The position numbers and the translations under genes are program-made. From the NCBI GenBank assembly GCA_965645245.1, contig OZ287081.1:1860001-1924000 (forward strand): DNA of 64,000 nucleotides, written 5' to 3'. The number at the start of each line of letters is the position of its first letter. The stretch's first letter is position 1. The notes under the pieces were generated by a model. The model saw nothing but the letters and a program-made list of their open reading frames with translations, was not told the origin of the DNA and did not search any database. Source of the stretch: Massalongia carnosa (lineage: Eukaryota). Of the stretch, positions 49,276 to 60,100 are shown one piece after another.

Positions 49276-50398
49276 GCTTCCTCGTCCTCCAGGTTTTTCA
49301 ACAAAGCATCCAGCGCAGGGAATTTATCCTCACGCCGGGCTTGCTCGTTCAGTATTGTAAGATAGGTGCTGAACGAGTTTCCTAGTCCATTCAGGAGCCT
49401 GAGCACAACTATTTGTTCGACAGTCAGGGCCATGTCGGTGATCTCGGCCTTGATGTCCCTGACAAGGCTTCCGTATTCTTCGATGGACTTGCACTTTTCA
49501 TATTTTATCTCCTCTAGCCGGTTGAAGGTGCTCCATTTGGCACTCCAATTCTTTAGAGTGTACCGGGTTTTTAGATGTTCCCAAAGATCTTTTGGGTCCC
49601 AGACTGCTCCATTAGCTAGGTCTCTCATGGACAGGAATTCTTGCTGCACGTCGTCCGTGCACATCTTTCCTATCTTACCAACTACCCTCCTTTGTTTCTC
49701 CAAGAACTCTAGTCGTTCAAGGTCCCTTTGGTCTCTTTTGTCGAGTTGTTCATCTGTTTCTGATGTTTCCTCCGGAGGGTCTCCCTCTTTCTCACTAGGT
49801 TTATTAGGTGGAAGGGGAATCTCTCGGGGCATTTTCCGAGCACCAGTCACATAACTCCAGAGTTCCGCTTCCTGCAGGGCGAAGGCCATGTCTCTAAACC
49901 ATTTCTTATAGTTACCACTCCCCATGAGTTTGGGGAATGTGTACAGACTCTCTCCTTTAGCCATGCCAGAGAAAGTGGTGTAGAAGCAGGGAAGGGTCTC
50001 CCGGTATGGAGGGGATACTAGCAGGGAATATATATATATATTGAAGGATAGGGCAGATGGAGAGGTGGAGGTATGTTTTGACAATCAATGTGGGGGCTTA
50101 TTCGACGAAGTGGAAGTGAGCCGGGCTCATAACCTGATGAATAGTAAAATTCACGTGTAGGTATAATAGCATGATTGTCATTGAAGGTATGGATTATATG
50201 TGAGCTATCTACTTCATTATATAGCAGTCACATTGGAGACCTTTCGGCGACCCTTTTCATAAGGAGTCAGCCGGTCCACTGAATCTCGGTCCCCGGAGGT
50301 CATCTCGGTCCCCGGAGGTCATCTCGGTCCCCGTGGTAGAGTCGCCGAAGATAAGCACTAGATGAATGCCCATGATGGTAGCCCCTACCATCTGACAT
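49276..50398 (-). mobile_element. Copia E fragment (relative of Copia C): LTR 50135-50398, PBS, truncated gag (49964-49276)
   Basis: gag MAKGESLYTFPKLMGSGNYKKW is closely similar to the ORF at 40118; PBS at 50123-50134; 19-bp repeats in the LTR. Confidence 0.88.
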
Positions 50399-51877
50399 TA
50401 CGGAGACATTGAAAAAATTATATGGTAGGCCTCGAAAGTACTCTACTGCTGATGAAGCTGCAGCGGCCAAGAGACGGCAGAGTCGAGGTTATTACCACAA
50501 TCCATCGTGCCCGGTTGGTCTTGCAGGTCCCGTCGACTTTGTTGCCTACGAGCATCTACCTACATCCGATATCCCTAGCGAAACCCTGCCTGCCATTGGT
50601 CTGCGAACCAGCCTCCACATACCAATCCCTCCGGATCGCGATATAGCGGAAGACTGTGAGAAAGAGCTTGAACCCGAAGCATACTAAGGATAATCCCCCT
50701 CAAACTGCAACTCCAAATTCCCTACACGAGGAACCCGAAATCGTTCAACAAGTTGAGAAAATACGCACAGAGGAGGTGACAAATACTGAAGACGCAGACT
50801 ATGATGTGGAGGTCACGGCACGCTTGGAGGAGTCGGCAGCCTATCTCGAGGCAGCAGCAGTACTCCAGGCACTACGAATTGGGCAACAAGAGAGGCAGGA
50901 GAGCAGCAAGGCCGGGTCACCGTATTCTGACTACGCCGCCTAGTAGTTTAGTGATTTGAATCAGCAGCACCTAGACACAACAGCACACCAATTTATAGTC
51001 CACCGAATACAGATATACAACAGGGCAGTTCAGCGCATACTGCAGATACATGACGCAGTCACAGCAGGACTTCCAAGGCTCAGTCAAGTAGCACCAGTAG
51101 TAGACGTAGGACTTCGTTCCCAACGCAGATAAACACGCTATTATCATGGACTAGTTCGTGTCAATCTCGTTATATTGCTACTAAGTATGTTTGGGCTATT
51201 GCTCACAGCCCCCGGCCTCGAGAGGGGGACTCGATAAGGGCCTTGCTGTCTACTAATGTAAGACCCTCTCGCAGGCCTTGGGCTGTGAACAGACTCCCTC
51301 TATCTAAGCGACAGAAGAACTGGAGTGGGTGGGTGGGAAAGAAAACGTTGCAAACAGTGCTATCAAAATGCTATGCTTTTTGATTGTCTTGAGATGTGAG
51401 ATGATGAGGGATACCGTCTGGGACCTCCTCTTTATATATCTTCTTCCTATTCTCCTTGTCCTACTCTACCATCCCAGTATGCCCCATCAACGCGGCCCAT
51501 AGCAAGGCATACACAAATCCGAAACCTAACTGTCGTCCGAAGGATCGATGCGGTGCTAAGATCTCTATGCCGTGCTGAGACATCCTTATGGTGCTGAGAC
51601 ATCTATGCCGTCCGAGAGATCCATGCGGTGCCGAAATCAAAGCGGGAGCTGTCTCGATTAACGACGCACTAGCTCTCAGCATAGCCGAACTAGCTAGTTC
51701 GTGTCAATCTCGTTATATTGCTACTAAGTATGTTTGGGCTATTGCTCACAGCCCCCGGCCTCGAGAGGGGGACTCGATAAGGGCCTTGCTGTCTACTAAT
51801 GTAAGACCCTCTCGCAGGCCTTGGGCTGTGAACAGACTCCCAATCCCCAACATGGAACGACCCGCTTGCGGTGTTGT

Positions 51878-52933
51878 TCAGGACCTAGTGACTGGATTGT
51901 GAGGTTCCGTGGGTAATGTTTGAAGGCGTTTTGAGGCGTTAAGAAGGTAAGTGGGGTGGGTTTGTATGTAAAGCTTGTATGCGTCTGACTTCCATCTTCC
52001 TAGCATCTGAATCTCGTCTTCGGTGAGTCCTGCCCGTCGCGCTGTTGTTGCCGCACCTCTTCTGAACGAGTGGCCAGAGAAATTTCCTATATAGCCCAAG
52101 TTCCTTAAGGTGGATTTCATCGCTGTTGTAATGTAGTCTCGAGTGAAGGACTGACCGTTTTTAAAGAGTGGTGCGGCCGGAGAACTTGGGAATCGCCTAT
52201 ATAAATTTGTAAGAGAAGCTAGTGCACAAGCAACATCGTTGGTAGCCGCAATTGTCAGTGTTATGCCTCGGCGAAAGGGATCGGTTTTGGAGACTGGTAG
52301 AGAGAGCTGTAGGTGATCTGCTTCGAACCTAATAGATTTTCTGGTGAGGTGCCATTGATCAAAGCTTGGGTCTAGTACATCTTGCGTTGTGTAAGTAAAT
52401 TCTCCGGCTCGTAAGAAGCCTGCAAACGCTAAGCAGTACGCCGCATGTAAATTTGCGCCTTTCTCTTTCGTTTGATCAAGACGACTTAGCAATTTGATTA
52501 AGATCTCTCTAGTAATTGGTAACCTTTCACGTTTCTCGGCTTCACCGTTCTTTCGCTTTATGCCAGTAAGGATGCGATCTAACACCGGGTGATGAAATAC
52601 GTCGAGATTACCGAGGCCCATATCTATCTGGCATGATCTTATGCCCGTCAAGTAGCTCTTAATAGTTTTTGGTTGCAGGCGTCGTTCACCCAACGCTGCG
52701 ATCCACGAAGACAGCGTCCGGATGTTGGCTGGAAATGGTGGCGCGTTGAGGTTTACCCTACAGTAAAGAACGTATCCCTTTCTTGCCGTTGTGTATAAAG
52801 ATCTTGTCTTAGTGGCCAGGCCCCACCAGAGGTATCGTGCTGCGATTTCGTCTAGAGGTACCTCACTGTACCAAGATGGGGGTGGATCGCGTCCTATATT
52901 GCTGAGGGTAGAGCCTGAAACTGAGGGATTTTG
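51878..52933 (-). CDS. Tyrosine recombinase (open frame of 351 codons, no N-terminal AUG)
   Basis: Catalytic set FLRAGEF (R), SKTDPF (K), HSFRRG (HxxR), LGRW...AYKLY; the frame extends upstream of the track ORF (RYLWWGLATKTRSLY...PFPA) and overlaps RT by 40 nt. Confidence 0.93.
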   Translation of the reverse strand, partial: QNPSVSGSTLSNIGRDPPPSWYSEVPLDEIAARYLWWGLATKTRSLYTTARKGYVLYCRVNLNAPPFPANIRTLSSWIAALGERRLQPKTIKSYLTGIRSCQIDMGLGNLDVFHHPVLDRILTGIKRKNGEAEKRERLPITREILIKLLSRLDQTKEKGANLHAAYCLAFAGFLRAGEFTYTTQDVLDPSFDQWHLTRKSIRFEADHLQLSLPVSKTDPFRRGITLTIAATNDVACALASLTNLYRRFPSSPAAPLFKNGQSFTRDYITTAMKSTLRNLGYIGNFSGHSFRRGAATTARRAGLTEDEIQMLGRWKSDAYKLYIQTHPTYLLNASKRLQTLPTEPHNPVTRS

Positions 52934-54510
52934 TCAGCCAGTTTCTTCAAAAGTCCTCTAGACAAGAGATCAGCAATATAATTTTCTTTGGATGATATCC
53001 ATCGCGCTTCTATCTGGATATCATGTAATGCAGCTAGCATTGTAATTGCCCGCAGGGCATGCATTGCTTGGCCTCGTATAGAGGTTTTATTCACTCCTTT
53101 CGTGACAGCGTAGCTATCACAATAGAGGATTAAATGACTACCCTTGCATATAGGTAGCCACTTTTTCATAGCTTGAAGAATTGCTGTCATTTCTTTGACG
53201 TTGATATGCTTTGCCCTAAGGTGCGTAGTAAAGCGTGTGCTAAAAGCCTGCCGGGCTGCTTGTATATTATGCAAATTTTGATCCTCGCTGAGGATAAAGC
53301 CGCCCATACCATATGAGCCGGACGCATCTGTCCATATTCTCATAGTATGTCTAGTACGGTTGAGCAGATGTATGCCATTCCATTTAGGTAGGAAATGATG
53401 CCACCATAGAAGATCAGCCCTCATGTCCTTGTTAAGATGGATTAGTTTAGAGGTTACGCTTGCCGTAGCATTGAAAAGACGGCGTAGAAAGGCTCTTCCT
53501 GGTTTTACCACTCTGGCTGCAAAGCATAAGAATCCTAGAAGAGAGTCGAGTTCCTTCCTGGGTATGGCTTTTTTATTCAAAGCTGCCGATACTAGGGTCT
53601 TTGCTTTTAGTAACTTTTCGGAAGGCAAGCGTGCTTCCATGAGCGCGGTATCGATTTCAATGCCGAGGAAATCGCAAGTCGTTCCAGTTCTGTTCTTTTC
53701 GAGCTTGATTTTCATGCCAAGATCTTTACAAATGTTGTGGAAAACTTGATCAAACTTTTCAGCATCTGGTCCGGTGCTGACTATTATTAAAAAATCATCC
53801 AAGTAATGAATAGCGTCTTTCCAACCACAGTTGTACAATATCCAGTTGATACCCTTCGCGAACAGATCAAAAAGGAACGGCGACGTTCTCAGCCCAAAGG
53901 GTAAGTATTTATCCATCCAAAAGGAATCCTGCCACTTGAAACCTAGTAACCACCAATCGCTTTTTGCTACTGGTATGTGGCGAAAAGCGTCCGCAAAGTC
54001 TCTTTTAATAAGAATACACCCTGGCCCGCGTTGCTCAATCAACCTAATGGCTTCGTCGAAGCTGGTATATTCCAGGGAGCCCCAGTCTTCCGGTATGTGG
54101 TCGTTGACTGAGCTACTCTCCGGATACGATAGATGATGGATTCGCCGCCAACCACCGTTAGCCTTTGGTACAAGGCCTAATGGGGAACATATAAAGCAAG
54201 AAGGAATGTTGTTGACTTTCTCCAACCGATTACTAGCTATTTGTTCTTCGAGGTCATTGGTAAGAACTTCCGGTGCCTCATTTGCAGAGGCAAGATTATC
54301 GCTAATAATGAGTTGATGTGGTCCTGTATAACCAACTTTGGCACCGTAGGTGATGATATCGATAATTGTTTGTGTGTAAGTGCGATCCGGGTGATTGGCC
54401 AAATGTTTCTCCCAGCCTTCTTTCTTCAATGGGCCCGGTGGGATCTTTGTTAGATTGTCCGTCAAGGTGTATGGAAAGGACTCCGCGATGGATAAGAATG
54501 GGGCGGTTAG
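52894..54510 (-). CDS. Ngaro reverse transcriptase + RNase H (in frame with gag, no N-terminal ATG)
   Basis: SPLGLVPK, WRRIHHLS, DFADAFRHI, LPFGLRTSP, HYLDDF; WTDASGS, HINVKEM, YCDS, NYIADLLSR; the frame is open directly from the gag stop. Confidence 0.93.
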   Translation of the reverse strand, partial: LTAPFLSIAESFPYTLTDNLTKIPPGPLKKEGWEKHLANHPDRTYTQTIIDIITYGAKVGYTGPHQLIISDNLASANEAPEVLTNDLEEQIASNRLEKVNNIPSCFICSPLGLVPKANGGWRRIHHLSYPESSSVNDHIPEDWGSLEYTSFDEAIRLIEQRGPGCILIKRDFADAFRHIPVAKSDWWLLGFKWQDSFWMDKYLPFGLRTSPFLFDLFAKGINWILYNCGWKDAIHYLDDFLIIVSTGPDAEKFDQVFHNICKDLGMKIKLEKNRTGTTCDFLGIEIDTALMEARLPSEKLLKAKTLVSAALNKKAIPRKELDSLLGFLCFAARVVKPGRAFLRRLFNATASVTSKLIHLNKDMRADLLWWHHFLPKWNGIHLLNRTRHTMRIWTDASGSYGMGGFILSEDQNLHNIQAARQAFSTRFTTHLRAKHINVKEMTAILQAMKKWLPICKGSHLILYCDSYAVTKGVNKTSIRGQAMHALRAITMLAALHDIQIEARWISSKENYIADLLSRGLLKKLADKIPQFQALPSAI

Positions 54511-55665
54511 TCATTGCCTTGATGGGAGAGGCATCGAATTTGGGTTAGAGGGTTGATTTTTTCCATTTGTACAGTCCATCGCCCGATGTTGCTTTCCACA
54601 TTTCTCACACACATGTTGGAATCTACAATATACGGGACAGTCTTTGCCATAGTTGTATTTCTTACAGATAATCTTTTCGCCTGAGGTTTTGAAAGCCGTA
54701 GAATTATCGTCCGGTTTTGCAAAGTAAGCGGACGGTTTCCGCACAAGATGCCTTTCCAAGGAATGGTCCATTTCTTTCCATCCATCCGGGTTGTCAATCC
54801 CGCGAAAGGCTCGAGATTTGTGGAAATTCAAATGAAAGATGCGAACCGAGTCCCAGGTGTAGAAGGCGTATAATGATAGAAGATGGTCCTGATAAGCCAT
54901 GAAGGCTCTCATCAGGTTTATCTGGAGACCGGGGTGTGCAAAGTGTAGTAGTATCATCCAATATACCCCGAGACATCGTATCAAATGAACTATCCCTTTG
55001 ATATCTTTTAAGGAGCCATCTTCTTCTCTCGTGGCGATTTCCAGACCTTCTCCGAGTTTGACGTATCTAGAGTTGGTTTGAACTCCGTCGATGTCGGTAC
55101 ATAGCTTGGTAATGTTGATTGGGTCAAACGTATTCTCGGAGATTTGCTTTATCCATATGGGCTTGATAGTGGGATATTCGTTCATAAGAGAAACAAAACG
55201 AGGATCCATACCTTCTGTATACAATGAGTTTGGTCGATGCGGTGGAAATGATGTCGGAAATAATAGGGAAGGCTGTTGAGCTGAGGCTACTGGCCCAGGG
55301 ACCACGTCTCGGGCACGTGCTTGTTGGGTTTCGATATCCCGCCTAAGACTTACTCTTTCTCTTTCCTCGGCTTCCCTGCGGGACATTTCGCGTTGTGCTC
55401 TAAGTTCAATAATGTCATCAGGGGTGCGAGAACGGGTTTCCGGTATAACAGGCCCTTGTGAGGAGGAATTAAACGCTGAAGATGGAAGAGGAGAAGGTTG
55501 AGGATGGCTTTGAAGGGTTGCCGTGCTGTCTTGTGAGTCGGGTACTTCGACGTCTGGGTTGGAGTTGGCTAGATTTGCCCTAGCTCTAGTTCTAGTACGG
55601 GCTAGAGTGCTGCCTTGTGTGCGGGAGGTAGGCTTGGTGATTCTGTTGGAGATGCGGGTGGCCAT
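54511..55665 (-). CDS. Ngaro gag-like protein with a C-terminal Cys/His finger cluster
   Basis: First ATG at 55665 (MATRISNR); CKKYNYGKDCPVYCRFQHVCEKCGKQHRAMDC. Confidence 0.88.
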   Translation of the reverse strand: MATRISNRITKPTSRTQGSTLARTRTRARANLANSNPDVEVPDSQDSTATLQSHPQPSPLPSSAFNSSSQGPVIPETRSRTPDDIIELRAQREMSRREAEERERVSLRRDIETQQARARDVVPGPVASAQQPSLLFPTSFPPHRPNSLYTEGMDPRFVSLMNEYPTIKPIWIKQISENTFDPINITKLCTDIDGVQTNSRYVKLGEGLEIATREEDGSLKDIKGIVHLIRCLGVYWMILLHFAHPGLQINLMRAFMAYQDHLLSLYAFYTWDSVRIFHLNFHKSRAFRGIDNPDGWKEMDHSLERHLVRKPSAYFAKPDDNSTAFKTSGEKIICKKYNYGKDCPVYCRFQHVCEKCGKQHRAMDCTNGKNQPSNPNSMPLPSRQ

Positions 55666-56111
55666 TTTTGGAGGAGAGGGATTTGAATAGAGTAAATTTA
55701 AGTGTAGTGGTTGTATAAATTTGAATTGGGTGAAAAGAAAACGTTGCAAACAGTGCTATCAAAATGCTATGCTTTTTGATTGTCTTGAGATGTGAGATGA
55801 TGAGGGATACCGTCTGGGACCTCCTCTTTATATATCTTCTTCCTATTCTCCTTGTCCTACTCTACCATCCCAGTATGCCCCATCAACGCGGCCCATAGCA
55901 AGGCATACACAAATCCGAAACCTAACTGTCGTCCGAAGGATCGATGCGGTGCTAAGATCTCTATGCCGTGCTGAGACATCCTTATGGTGCTGAGACATCT
56001 ATGCCGTCCGAGAGATCCATGCGGTGCCGAAATCAAAGCGGGAGCTGTCTCGATTAACGACGCACTAGCTCTCAGCATAGCCGAACTAGTGAAGCCTTTG
56101 ACAGGTGTCGT

Positions 56112-56424
56112 TGTTGGATGTTAGATGATGAGGCCACCATCATCATTAGCATCCATCATGAGCCTCGGGAGGTGCCTTGCAAAGTGCCTAAACAAGCAGA
56201 GATGGGAGACAAGGTCTGACCGTCAGGGGGACAAGGTCTGACCGTCAGGGGGACAAGGTCTGACCGTCAGGAGGACAAGGTCTGACCGTCAGTGGGACAA
56301 GGTCTGACCTCCTAGATGTGACTGTTTTGTAACTGCTATATAAAGCAGACAAATAGCCCACATAGATAATTACCTTCAATGACAATCATGCTACTATACC
56401 TACAAAGTGAATTTATATTTCATA
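56112..56424 (+). mobile_element. Solo LTR of the Copia C family
   Basis: Matches 39675-39921 but has five rather than two copies of a ~22-bp repeat; flanks gtcgt/gtcga (TSD with one mismatch). Confidence 0.9.
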
Positions 56425-57120
56425 GTCGATTCTAACCCTACTTCGCCCACTTCACGCCCATCTCCAAGCATTGTTATATCTACACCTACGCTCTCGGATC
56501 TTCATCAACCTGCTGGATCCGTCGAAGCACCATCACCCGTGCCTTCAAGAGAACCCCCCTAGGCCAAAGTCCACAACCAGCAGTACAGCAGGCACCGCGT
56601 AGCGCGCAGAGTTCACACATCGCAAATCCGAGCCCCGATCAACTAGAGAGCATCCTCTAAGCTGGCCAAGCAGCTACGTAAATTCCGGTGCTGCACTCAT
56701 GAGCAGCATACCGAAGCCGATCGCCAGCATGAAGAACACCACCAACGCCGAGGTGTGCAAGCGTTGTTGGTTGAGTTGTGATAGCTAAATGTAAGGTGTC
56801 CTTGAGAATTACATGAAATGGAAAGGCGGTCGTGTCACTCGATTCTGCCGGAGCACCAAACCGCGCTAACCGAATTCGGGTTTTTTCCTTTATTTCTCAT
56901 GTGAATCCTAATCCTAACTACGAGAAGTAATCGATCATGCGATGTGAATGATGTTATCATGCGATGAGATCATGCGCTGAGTAACTTAAACCTGTCATTG
57001 ATTTTACATTCTTAGCTGGCGTTCTGGTGGATTGTATTGATGTTTTCTGGTGTCACGTACCGCGTCGTGCGCGTTAACCAAATTAGGGTTTTTCCTTAAA
57101 TCCCTCATTGTTCAGAGCTA

Positions 57121-60100
57121 TTAGCGTATGCAAAATGATTTGCAATTTCGCTTATGAAAACACATACAACCAACATGACCCCACCATTCAAACTCCAAAA
57201 TCTTAATTTTCCTAGATATTCCCTAATCGTGCCAAAACACTAAACCCTAACCGAGTCAGGGTCTAGTGCCCGACGGTCAACTGACGCATACAGTCTACTG
57301 ACGCACTTTTCCTATTTTCACTACCATTTACACCACTTCGTTCATCTACCACCACATGCCTAACTCATATTCTAATAAGGAGGATCAAATTGTCGATGCT
57401 ATAAACGCGTGGAACACGGTTGAATTTCGAAGTATACGCGCAGTAGCCATTTGATTTCGATGTCGACATTCGTACGCTTCAAAGACGACTTGCTGGAGGG
57501 GGTTCGCGCATCGGTCGATCTGGCCCTAACAAGGCCTTATCTGATGAACAAGAATTGGCCCTTTGTGAATATATTGTGATGCTCGATCAAGCCGAACAAT
57601 CAGCCAGGTTTTCAATGGTTCTGGGGGCTGCTAATTATCTACTAAGAGAAGCTCATTTAGACGCCTCCATCCCCCCCCCTCACGTCAGCGAGGCCTGGAC
57701 CAAACGTTTCCTCAATCGTCATTCTCAATTTTTCAAGCGAAAACACAAACCTCTGGCCGCTGAGCGAAAACACGCGCACAATGCAAAGGACAGGCTCGAG
57801 TATTTTGAAGCATATCGAACTGCGCGAAAGACGCGGGGAATAGCGGAAGAGGACGTTTGGAACATGGATGAAATGGGCTTTCGAATTGGCTGTGACAGGG
57901 CTCATTGGGTTATATCAACTCACTCCAGAAAGCCCTTGCTATTGACAGATCCAGATAATAGAGAATATGTCACCTCGTGTGAGTGTATTAGTGCTGGGGG
58001 GCGAAACATTCCCCCCATAGTGATTATAGCGGGGGTTTTGATTCTCGAAAAGTGGACACAACAAAACGATCTGAATGACGATGTTTTGTTGACTACTAGT
58101 CCTACCGGCTATTCCAATGATGATTTGGCTATTGATTGGTTGAAACATTTCGATAAACACAGTCGAAAGGGTCAGGTAGGGGCCTGGCGTATGTTGATCA
58201 TGGACGGGTATGGATCTCATATGACATATGAGTTTTTTACATATGCCAAACGAAATCACATTGAATTGTTTCGTTTGCCTCCTCATTCAACACATCTCAC
58301 TCAGCCATTGGATGTAGGATGTTTTCAGCCGTTCAAAAATTATCATTCCGAAGGCATTGACGAGATGGTGCGACTCGGAGGGGCAGATTTCGACAAACTG
58401 GATTTTTGTCCATTTTTCAGCGCATGCGAAATCAAACATTCACCTCATCTACCATATTATCGTCATTCAGAAACACGGGTCTGGTGCCTTATAACCCCAA
58501 TGTGGTAATTCGAAAGCTGGAGGAAATTCAAACTCGGAGACTTGCTACCCCCCCACCTTTGTCAGCCCCTCTGCTCGCCAGAACGCCCCGCACGACTAAA
58601 GAGGTGGTTGAATATGGCTTACACCTTCGAATGAGTTTGAATAAATACAACGTGCTGGACAATGAATGGGATTGTCATGTGAATCGATTTGTGAAGGGCT
58701 CTACTTCCAATGCGCATGCACGTCAGATTATTGAGCGGGACCTTCGAGCCAGTCAACAACAGTCCATCGCGAAGGCGGCCCGTAGAAAATTGGATGGTAA
58801 GGTCGCCCAGAAGGGAGGGGTCATAACTGTAGGAGATGTACGGGCCAAAAACCTCGAAACGTTGTCAGAACGAGGTGGAAAAGACCAGACTGGCCTATGA
58901 ACGTGCCACACTAGCTGCTGAAAAGAAGCAGATTGCCCTGGACAAAAGGTATAAAAGAATCGCTAGATCAATGCCCAGACAAGCGAAGCTATTTTACCAG
59001 CGTCATAATCAATCAGTTTCTGCATAACCGTTGTTGTCCTCGATTTGTAGCAGAAATGGTAGTGAAAATGGGAAAAGTGCGTCAGTAGACTGTATGCGTC
59101 AGTAGACCGTCGGGCACTAGACCCTGACTCGGTTGGGGTTTAGTGTTTTGGCACGATTACACCAAAATCCTAACATATTTTTATAATTTGGTAGACATCT
59201 ATAGAAATTATTATGCCTCCAAATAGACGGAGTAAAAAGGGACCAGTTAACCAAGTTTTGCTGCCGGCACCGACTCGGGGGGGTCGTCGCCGCCAAGTTC
59301 CTGCTCGCCTACGAAGCTCGCCCACCCCTCTTGGTCCTAACCCTCAAACCCCGCTCCAGGGTGCACGCCGTCCCCATGAGAGCCCTCCTAATCCTCCTAA
59401 CCCTCCTTCTTCTCCTCCTGTCGGCGCCCGTCTTCCAGCCCCTCCACTGTTTCCTCCCTTAGATGCTCGACCTCGACCCCCCCCCGGTTCCACGCCGCCC
59501 GAGTGCGCGTGACGACCATACACCGGTATTCACCATGAAAACGCCCAAGATTCCCGGCAATACTCGCGAGGGGAAGGCGGAGCGTATGTTATGGCGTGCA
59601 CATTTGGAGAGAAGCAAGGAGGCCGCCGCGCGAGCAAGAGCGAGACGAGATAGGGAGGATGAAGAATGGGAAGCGGAGGTCAATCAATTCGGGGAACCGG
59701 AAGCCCGACGACGACGACTGGAAGAAATAGAGGTTAATAAAGAATTAGACAAATTGACTACATCGAACTTTGAGGAAGATGAGGCTGAAGATCTAGTATC
59801 AGATCCTATGTTGACCGTTCATGCTAGACTTCGTGTCAATGGTAGAGTTATATGGACCTCATCGCTAGGTTCTAAAAAACGAAGCGTTTTCAGCATATGG
59901 GATTTCGAACAGACATTGGAGACTGAGATTGAGAAAAGGAACGGGCATACTAAAGGATGGACGACGACCTCCATCGTCGTCATTATTAAGGCCATTCATA
60001 GTCGGGCCAGGAATGTCCATCAAACCATTGATAATTATACTGAGACTGAATGGGAAAAGGTTCTAATTGTCATTGATGATGAATCTCGTAAATGGAAGCC

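Larger units (their letters stand above)
51151..56089 (-). mobile_element. Complete Ngaro-type tyrosine-recombinase (DIRS order) retrotransposon, 4939 bp
   Basis: Split direct repeats A1 55734-56089, B1 51694-51841, A2 51338-51693, B2 51151-51298; gag, RT/RNase H and YR ORFs; no integrase or protease. Confidence 0.95.
50399..56770 (+). pseudogene. Unknown repeated ORF family X, copy 1 (interrupted by the Ngaro element and a solo LTR)
   Basis: GRPRKYSTADEAAAA...VDFVAYEHLP also occurs at 61792-62098; the frame continues across the insertions as TLLSWMKPLTGVDSNPTSP; a later segment reads KLAKQLRKFRCCTHEQH. Confidence 0.55.

Noticed and set aside
51878..52933. Tyrosine recombinase as a phage integrase, Crypton or Starship captain
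   Set aside because: It lies with gag and RT/RNase H inside split direct repeats, which is diagnostic of an Ngaro-type retrotransposon.
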